A stretch of DNA of 20,000 bases from Seison nebaliae. Taxonomy: Eukaryota. The stretch spans positions 53,132 through 73,131 of the forward strand of contig JALJEE010000907.1 in assembly GCA_023231475.1 (NCBI GenBank), given 5' to 3'. The notes under the pieces are model-generated. The model was not told where the DNA came from. It worked only from the letters and a program-made list of their open reading frames with translations, and did not search any database. Below are positions 1 to 8,069 of the stretch, piece after piece. The position numbers were made by a program, and so were the translations under genes. The first letter of the stretch is position 1. Each line of letters starts with the position of its first letter.

Positions 1-2119
1 ATAAATTCCGTCGCACATCAACAATGTCCGTACTGCTACGTTTGGAAATGATTAAATTATTATCGTTTAATGAAATTGGTGGGACGGGTCTCGTCACAAA
101 TAATTGATTACAATTCTCACAAATCGGTAAACGTTGTTCACGTTTCCGTTCTACATTCTGTATATGACTAATTCCAGTAACAGCTGTCAATTCTCGATCG
201 ATCTTCAAAATTTCATGTAATGTCATCGTATCTTTACAACGAAATATTTTTATGATCCAATTTCTATCCAATTCATTTGATGATGATACCGGATCAAATA
301 AGGGAGACCATGGTAATTTGAATTGATGGAAATCATATAAACTATCGAAACAATTGATTAGAACATTAATATTCGATTCAAATGATCCTCGAATTATTCG
401 TTGGAGTAAAGTCTCATTACGTGGTGATTGCTGTCCCATTAAATCATCAATGAACAATATCATTTTATTATCAGCTGATGGTTTTTCTTCGAAAATTTTT
501 TCATTTTCCAAAATTTTCTTTATTAATATATTTTGAGAATTCATTGAAATATTTCGAGACATTAATGAAAATGATGATAAAATTTGATGCTGATAATTGA
601 CATAATCATTTGTCAATCGATAATCAGAAATATTCGATTTGGTCGTAAGATAACTAAGATTTCCTAAAAGTAACGATCGATTCGCTCGTTGAGAATTCAA
701 TTGAGAAATGATAGAATGATAAGTGGATTCGTTAGAAATGAAATTATTTTCAAACCATCGACAACCATCTAACAGGATTGGAAGAAGTTTCTGATTCAAA
801 TTGATTAATAATCGAAAAAATTGATTGAAAGGAACAAATTGGAAAATAGTGGAATATAAATGAGAATATTTCGATTGTTCAATTGATTCGTTTAATTCGT
901 TATCAATTTTGACGATTTCTTCAAATCGATTTCCATGAAATAATCGACAACTTTTAATAATTTGTTTAGTTCGAATTTGAAATTGATCGAGAAATAAATT
1001 TGAATAATTTTCATTTGAATAATTCATCCATTTCCTTCTAATTAATTCTAGATAATTATTTGACTCCACATTTTCCATATTCAAATCATTATCGGATGAT
1101 GATAATGAAATATTTTTTTTTAATTTTTCTTTCTTCACGAAATTTTTCTTCGTTAAATTTAACAGATTTTTCAAATGATTAATTTTCCGTTTTCCATCAA
1201 ATATATGAAGTGATTTGATAAATATGGTATCGTTGTCGAAGAATGGGGAAAGTGTGGTTGATTGAAGTTGATGAATAACATGAGAAAGTGTCTCGAAATA
1301 AATAAATTTGACAACGAATGGAATAATGGCCAATTGTCGAGGTAATAATCCAATTAATAAAATTTCTGATAATTTCAATTCTACATTCAATTCATTCATA
1401 GTATTTGATGAGAGAAAAGAATTAAATTGAAGATGAATTAATCGAAGAATTAATTCGAATGAACATGATGGACAAAACCATTCATTCTCATTCACTAAAG
1501 AATTCGATTCCACCATCGGTACCAAACATGTCAAATGGACAGCCGTTGGACATCGATCACATAACATCATTTCACCATTTGCACCACAAAAATCACAACA
1601 ATCTCGATTCGTCAAATGTTTCGGTCGTTCACATGTTCGACGGTATGAATAACGATAAGCAGTTTGACGCATAATCTCTTCACGTTTGGTCGTTTGAAAA
1701 ATTAATGCTCTTGTCAACAATTCATTGGAAGATTGATTAAATGTGAATGTATCAAATAACGGATGACTGTCATCGAGAGAACGGGAAAAATGATTATGGA
1801 AATTTTGAAGGAAAATCATATGGAATGGATCGTCGTTCAATTTCGTTGCTACCAAACGAAATGATTCAAAGAGACAATGAATAAAAAAATAATCACAATC
1901 CAAATTATTTTCATTCAAATTCTTCTCAATCACTTTCTCTGTTATGTGTCTCTCTCTCAAATTATAGGACTGATAAGTAAATTGAGTGGAGAAGGGACGA
2001 ACTGCTCCACGTTTCACTGTCGATTTGGGACAACGAATCGAATTCGTCTTATTCCCAACCGTCCCATTGTTATTGGAAGTATTCGTTATTTTTCGTCCAC
2101 TTTCACTTCGTTCGACCAT
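1..2119 (-). CDS. PHF12: PHD finger protein, PHF12/Rco1-like (5' part; continues beyond the left edge, >=706 aa)
   Basis: Hand translation shows an uninterrupted minus-strand frame from ATG 2119 (MVERSESGRK...) to base 1, with an in-frame TAG just upstream. It has a C4HC3 PHD finger, NRDCCDFCGANGEMMLCDRCPTAVHLTCLVP...EWFCPSC (1597-1463), resembling PHF12 PHD1. Downstream VLINCFDSLYDFHQFKLP and LPICENCNQ resemble the PHF12 segments preceding PHD2. The PHD call is strong; orthology is moderate. Confidence 0.7.
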   Translation of the reverse strand, partial: MVERSESGRKITNTSNNNGTVGNKTNSIRCPKSTVKRGAVRPFSTQFTYQSYNLRERHITEKVIEKNLNENNLDCDYFFIHCLFESFRLVATKLNDDPFHMIFLQNFHNHFSRSLDDSHPLFDTFTFNQSSNELLTRALIFQTTKREEIMRQTAYRYSYRRTCERPKHLTNRDCCDFCGANGEMMLCDRCPTAVHLTCLVPMVESNSLVNENEWFCPSCSFELILRLIHLQFNSFLSSNTMNELNVELKLSEILLIGLLPRQLAIIPFVVKFIYFETLSHVIHQLQSTTLSPFFDNDTIFIKSLHIFDGKRKINHLKNLLNLTKKNFVKKEKLKKNISLSSSDNDLNMENVESNNYLELIRRKWMNYSNENYSNLFLDQFQIRTKQIIKSCRLFHGNRFEEIVKIDNELNESIEQSKYSHLYSTIFQFVPFNQFFRLLINLNQKLLPILLDGCRWFENNFISNESTYHSIISQLNSQRANRSLLLGNLSYLTTKSNISDYRLTNDYVNYQHQILSSFSLMSRNISMNSQNILIKKILENEKIFEEKPSADNKMILFIDDLMGQQSPRNETLLQRIIRGSFESNINVLINCFDSLYDFHQFKLPWSPLFDPVSSSNELDRNWIIKIFRCKDTMTLHEILKIDRELTAVTGISHIQNVERKREQRLPICENCNQLFVTRPVPPISLNDNNLIISKRSSTDIVDVRRNL

Positions 2120-3171
2120 TCTTCTCTAAAATCTTTTACGGTAAATCAAGAACCATTCCACCAATCTTTATTTCATGAAAATTTCATTCATAAAAGCTTA
2201 AAATTCAAAAATTCAAATATATTTTATTCACTTAATTTCAATAGAATTTTCCAATAAATTTCAATAACTTCATCTTAATAAATTTAACAAATTATATTCA
2301 ATATTTTTTGTACTCTGTTTAGTATCCAATGTACAACGATACATACCTAATACTTAATACCTAGCAATACATAAGGTATTATATAATATATATATATATT
2401 AGATATACTATATTAAGTCATCATCAACCATTCCCATTGGGTTTTACTCACATATGTTTGTTAGTCACATATGAATATGTTTTCTAAAATAATGCTTTAC
2501 ATACTTCAACAAGTGAATCCTCGCAATCAAAGTTCCCTTGTGTTCAATGATTTTTTCCTGATCTTCGAACAAACACCTAATACCTAACATCTATATAAAA
2601 ATAGTTCAGTTAAATTAACTCAAAAAGTGCAAATGTTAAAAAATGTAGAATTCTGTAAAATTTGAATTTTGAGTCTTATTAAAACCTAAAATTTTAATAT
2701 CATTTATCTTAAAATTATACAAATGAGATGCTAAACAGATTTTTTTATTAATAAATCAAATCTTTGTTGCGCAAATTAAACAGGAACAACGATCTATAGA
2801 TCTTTAGATAAAAATAATTTAATCTCCAAAAGAGTTACTGACAATGTGATTGATTCCAGATATCATTTATTATAATGCTTTTTGATAAATTTTAAGTTTT
2901 TTTTCAATTTAAAGATTACCATTTCAAAAATCTAACTGTAGAAACTTGTAAGAAAAAATTATGGAAATGAAATTATAGTTTATTGAAATATAATGTTGTA
3001 GGGCGAAGGGATAACGTTGGAGAACGAAACACATTTGAATGGAAATTGAATTAGTTCAATATCCGATTTAATTTTGTTTCTTCCATTTATTTCTTCGAAA
3101 ATTTGTTTAAATAAAAATTTCTTTCATTTCCATTTAATAATCGATTAGTCGATACTTATCAGTCAAACAGA

Positions 3172-4792
3172 ATGAGTCTCAAAACTATGAGAACTCCATT
3201 TAGACGTATAAATAAGCCTCCTTTTTTGTCTCACAAAAACCAGAATAGCACAAGAAAAAAATATTATAGTTATTCCAACCAACAAACTGAACAACAACGT
3301 AATAGTCTCAGCTCCAGTAGTAACAGTACGAGAAAGAAATATAAAAATTACGATAACGCTTATCCGTTTCATTTAACATTTACTTGTCTTTTGAGATTGT
3401 TTATTATGATAATTATTTTCTATTTAGATATGATACAAGAAACGTCACTTCCTATAATAATAGAAATGTTACCTCGTATGAGAATACGAAGACAAATAGA
3501 AAAAAACCGAGACGGTCTAAATATAAGACCGGTAGTAGTTTATAAATATTTTGATTTATACAATTTCTATATTTTTTCTTTTCGAAGATGCTGAATCGTC
3601 CATTGCTACTGAGTTATTGAAAAACAATTGTAATTCTGCATCATATACTTTCCGTCCATTTTGTGCCATTAATGAATCGAGAAGTAGGAGAATGTCGATT
3701 ATCGGTGGTGGCAATGATAGTCGCAGTAACTTCGATACACGAAATAGTGAAAAACATAATTGTGATGAAATAAAGAATGGTGTAAAACTTAGTGAACTTA
3801 GTATGGCGCATGATCGCGATCGGAAAGTTTCCAACGATACTGGTCATAGAACGATGAATGGTGGAGATCATCATCAGACCATGCATGCTGGTGATCATAG
3901 GGCCATGCATGGAACAGGTCGTTCAACCATGCATAGTGGTGGTCTTAAACCAGGAAATGTTGGTGGTGGTGGCGGTTTAGTAGTACCTCGAAGTATTTCT
4001 TGCGGTTATTCCAGTGACTTAGATGTGTTAGATATGATATCGAAATTGTCGAATTCGGAGAGATGTAAACAAGTTCAACCTCAACCTCATGATATGGATT
4101 TCATTTCATTACTCATGGATACTATCGTAGCTTTTTATAAATTTATCATTTCTATTCTACTTCTTCTTTTGGATCAACTACAATGTCTTCTGAATTTAGC
4201 AGATGAAGGAACCAGATGTCTATTGGCCAAATGGAGTGATCAATTGGAGAAATGTTTAAAAAATCCTTGTCCACCTAATGAATGTCCACCCGGTTGTGTC
4301 CCAGAATGTCCACCCGGTTGTGTGCCACAATGTCCACCCGGTTGTGTCCCACAATGTCCACCCGGTTGTGTGCCACAATGTCCACCTCGTTGCGCACCAC
4401 AATGCCCACCAAAATGTGTGTCTCAATGTCCTCCACCTTGCTACCAACCATGTCCTCCATTTAACAGGAATCATGAAGGACATTATAATAATTGCAATAA
4501 TGTCAAATGTTCATCAGGACCATGTTCCATGAATTCGATATCATCGATTGACAATCGACAAAATAACAATCATTTGAGAAAGAGGAGACATAAAAATCGA
4601 AGTGATCCATATAATCTGAGAGAAGAACTTAAAGTTTTTGTTAATGAGAGAATGAATCAATATCAGAATAATTCTTGTCATAATAATCCGATAGAAGAAG
4701 ATGAAGAACTTTCGCTTTTTGGCAATATCATAAAATATTTGAAACCGACAACTTATATCGACTTTTATAAACGTCTTCGTAACTGCCAATAA
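3172..4792 (+). CDS. Orphan protein (~500 aa): basic N-terminus, His/Met/Gly repeats, hydrophobic helix, Cys/Pro tandem repeat. Exons 3172-3365, 3428-3531, 3588-4792
   Basis: Introns 3366-3427 (GTTTCA..TTTAG) and 3532-3587 (GTAGTA..GAAG) join ORFs 3172 and 3551 into a 1503-nt frame (...NAYP|YDTRNVTSY...KYKT|DAESS...). No homolog recognised. Confidence 0.75.
4283..4459 (+). repeat. Coding 24-bp tandem repeat, ~7.4 units (TGTCCACCCGGTTGTGTSCCACAA, encoding CPPGCVPQ)
   Basis: Units start at 4283, 4307, 4331, 4355 (near-identical), then 4379, 4403, 4427 (diverged), with a partial unit at 4451. Confidence 0.95.
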
Positions 4793-5087
4793 TTATTAAT
4801 TTATTTCATTAATTAAAAGAAAATGGATGAGAATAAATATATCTTATGTTCGAACAAATAAAGAAATTTGGAAAAAACAATAAATTATCGAGAAGAATAT
4901 AAGATGTTTTCTTTGAAGAATGATGAATCCATCTGAAAATGGATTTGTAGTTGCTTAAATGAAAAACAATTCCAATCATAAATCGATGTCGTTGTTTATC
5001 ATTCGTATATTTAACGAATTGAACCGTTAAAACGACATGATTATTTGGAGAAGAATGGCGTGGAGAAAAGATGGAAAATATATAGAA

Positions 5088-7015
5088 TTATTTAATTGGT
5101 AATAAATGTGCTTCAGTATTGAACACCCATTTATTTAACGGATATGAATCATTTGAATCGAACAACAAATATAAATATTTCAACGTTTCTGCCAAGAAGA
5201 AACTTTGTTGAACATCATCCACTTTTGGAGGATCTTCATAAACATTAGAAATTCCTGTATATCCATGAGGTACCTTACAATGTTTCTCAATTGCTTGTGC
5301 TGCTTCCCAACCCCAATCACGATATTTTTGTTCACCAGTCAACCTCCATAAATAAAAATATGATTCGACTACTTCAGGTCTCAGCATATACATCCTCTCA
5401 TTATACCTCACCGATTTCGCCTCATTATTTTCCGTTTCAAAATGGAAATATTCCGGACCGATTTTTGTTTCTAAAAAAAAATTAAATTAAAATAAATAAA
5501 TTCAAATAATAAATTTGTTTTTATAAATGAACCTGATCGATCATATGATTCGTGACAAGTATGTGTAATGTCGATCGCTAAACTTTTCTGATGTTCAATC
5601 TCCTTTTGAGTAAGACCGGCAGCTTTTCCGTTTAATGCGGTTAATGCAAATAAACCGCCAATGAAACATGTGAGATGTCCCATCTTCGCTACTACATGTC
5701 GACTAGCGTATTCACCGGAATATAACAATCCACCAGCTGATCTTCTCATCGTAGTTTTCTCCACCACCGGCATGGTCGTCAAATACATTTTGAGATAAAT
5801 ACTGTCCAATTTTTTTCCTTCTCTCAACCAAGTCTTTAATAAATATTCATAAAAACTATCACCCAACGCTCCCAATGATACATGATCTAGAAAGAAGATT
5901 TGATGGAATTGATTGGAAGAAAAAAAATGGTGAAAAACCTGAACAAAATCTTCCTTTAGAATTTTGGAATTCATTATAAAACAAACCATTATATGGCCAT
6001 TTGGCTTCGAGAACTTCCATTATTTTTTTTATCTTAAAAAATTTCAAATTTTCAAATAAATAAATGACAAAAGAAAAATTTACTTTATCTCCATAAATCG
6101 GTTTTCCTGTATGTTCCGATAAATAATTCCATTCCAATGATAATGAACCGAATTCGGCCAATAACGCACAACCACCAAATGACCAGGAATGAACATGACT
6201 CGAACCAGTTTTAGGATTGATTAAAGAGTTAGGAATACCGGTGGGCGTATTGAATGCTGGTAATAATAAAATGGCGACTTCTTCAGCTTTTTCCAGAAAC
6301 ATCTGAAATTTAAAAATTTGAAATTTATCGTATGAAAATTATATCGAACTCTATCACCAGTTAATGCGTGCATTGAGAGAAGACCACCAATAAATCTGAT
6401 ATTCGTTTCAAAAACGGAAACGGTACCGGTTGATTTGAAATTGAATGAATTTTGGACCCATTCTGATCCTTGTTTCACTTCGTCATGTAACTTCATAACG
6501 AATAACGTATCTAAGGCATCGATGATGGTGGCACCGACTTTTCCATATCCGAATAATCCCGAATTATGAGGACGACCACTTAACGGTTGTAATTCGTTAT
6601 CACCCCATGAAAAATTTTTATATCCGTACCATGCATGTAACATCATTTGTTTAATAAATTCCCTTTTCGGAACATCCGCCTCATTATTTTCTTGAGGTGA
6701 ATGAATTTGTTGTTTGTCTACAAAATATTTTTCATTTTTTTCATCATTCAAAAATTTCAAGTCATTCAACTTCACACTCCTCTTTGTCACATCATTCGGA
6801 CGGTGTGATGGAACAGGCGTCACAGCTTCAGACCACGGGAATTTGTGCCGTTTCACTTGATCATCAATTTGTCGGTCGGTGTTGATATGATCAATATTAA
6901 TAAATGAAATCAAAATTATGAAGACGAATGTGAAAATCATAAGGAAAAATATTAAATTTTTCCATTGACGAATTTTACTTTTGAATAAGGAAATTATCAA
7001 TCTGACACTTGCCAT
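5088..7015 (-). CDS. MAN1A: Mannosyl-oligosaccharide alpha-1,2-mannosidase (GH47, Golgi class I, type II membrane), 571 aa. Exons 7015-6350, 6302-6084, 6032-5939, 5886-5533, 5470-5088
   Basis: N-terminal transmembrane helix and stem, then GH47 motifs HAWYGYKNFSWGDNEL, TIIDALDTL, VFETNIRFIGGLL, LAEFGSLSLEW, GALGDSFYEYLLK, MGHLTCF, LRPEVVES, QQSFFLAETLKYLYLLF, VFNTEAH. Four GT-AG introns (47, 51, 52, 62 nt) give a 1716-nt frame with normal domain spacing. Confidence 0.95.
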
Positions 7016-7118
7016 TCCAACCACTCTCGACGGGAGAAGAACAAGTCTCGGTCGACAAATGTATTTGAGAGAATAAATTGAATAGATTATATTATCATAT
7101 AATTGATATATTTGGTAC

Positions 7119-7154
7119 GGATAGATAGATGGATGTATGGATGGATAGATGATA
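7119..7154. repeat. Imperfect (GATA/GATG)n tetranucleotide microsatellite upstream of the mannosidase
   Basis: ggatagatagatggatgtatggatggatagatgata. Confidence 0.7.
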
Positions 7155-7617
7155 TTTTTATTGATTTTCAAGAACGATTCTCAATTAGTAAAATGAGTCA
7201 AGTATCATTTTCTGTCTATTTAATTAGTTAACTGGATTGAAAGAGGAAAAAATCTTAAGAAATAAATGAAATTGATAGAAATTTTACCTTTTATTCTCCT
7301 TTACTATGTCATCCAATCATTGAAGTCTTATTTAATTTCCTTTCTTTTGTCTTTGTCTACAAACATGAATTTCATGAAAAAATATTCATTTACATTTTCT
7401 ATTTTAATTCGAATGTTTAGCTTTTTCTTCTTATTGTCTAATCATCATTCTTCCAAGAACATCAAAAATCCCTCCCTCATTACTATAGTAACGAGCTCTC
7501 ATTTCCTATTCATCAATTAGTTATTAACTTCCCTACTAACTATACAGAATATGAGCGAATATTATATGAATAGTACTAGATTAAAATAACAATAAAAAAC
7601 ATGCACATAAATATTGT

Positions 7618-7641
7618 CATTTCCATCTATAGATGGAAATG
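7618..7641. repeat. Perfect 24-bp palindrome CATTTCCATCTATAGATGGAAATG
   Basis: The sequence equals its own reverse complement with no spacer; it is intergenic. Confidence 0.95.
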
Positions 7642-8030
7642 GTAAAACTTCATATGTATATTCAAACTACATGACATATCTTGTAATGCATTTCTCATTA
7701 GCTTTCCGTCTTTGTATGAAGATGTGTAGCACGTTTCTGCATTAAGAGTAAACAAAAAATTCTGCATATTTTAAACTGAAACTTCTTTAGGGAATGTTAT
7801 AAGAATAATCAATAACTATGAATTCTCGTCATTATAATAAGTGTGGAGTAGGAGAGACTGCATTCTTCGAATACATGATCTTTCTCCATGGGAAGGAATG
7901 GTTAAGACGTCTGTTTTATTCACATGCAAAAAGAAATTTCATTCTATATTGTCCATAGATAAATAGATGAATGGAAATTGAAAAATTTTCCATTCTCATA
8001 TACAATTCTTCTTTTGACCTACAATTAATC

Positions 8031-8069
8031 ATGATGATGATGATTATTATTATTATTATTATTATTGTT
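8031..8069. repeat. Compound (ATG)n(ATT)n microsatellite at and just after the stop codon of the NICE-3-like gene
   Basis: atgatgatgatgattattattattattattattattgtt. Confidence 0.85.

Noticed and set aside
430..690. Dynein/AAA-like Walker B (KMILFIDDL) in the minus-strand ORF
   Set aside because: There is no intact Walker A, and the ORF has a PHD finger and PHF12-like motifs, so this is probably chance.
2120..2135. TTTTAG just before the PHD gene ATG as a trans-splice acceptor
   Set aside because: It is not seen consistently before the other start codons and could be a UTR intron or chance.
2280..3000. Intergenic region as a possible transposon or pseudogene remnant
   Set aside because: Only short broken frames in the part translated, with no recognisable motif or terminal repeats.
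4256..4532. Overlapping ORFs in several frames, or a CRISPR-like array
   Set aside because: These are by-products of a stop-free 24-bp coding repeat, and there are no unique spacers.
7016..7171. 52-aa N-terminal extension of the mannosidase in the ORF track
   Set aside because: It starts at a non-ATG codon and crosses a microsatellite. ATG 7015 gives the normal short tail plus transmembrane helix.
7266..7920. Hydrophobic 84-aa ORF and nearby broken frames
   Set aside because: The F/I/L/S-rich composition is expected from AT-rich non-coding DNA, and no motifs are present.
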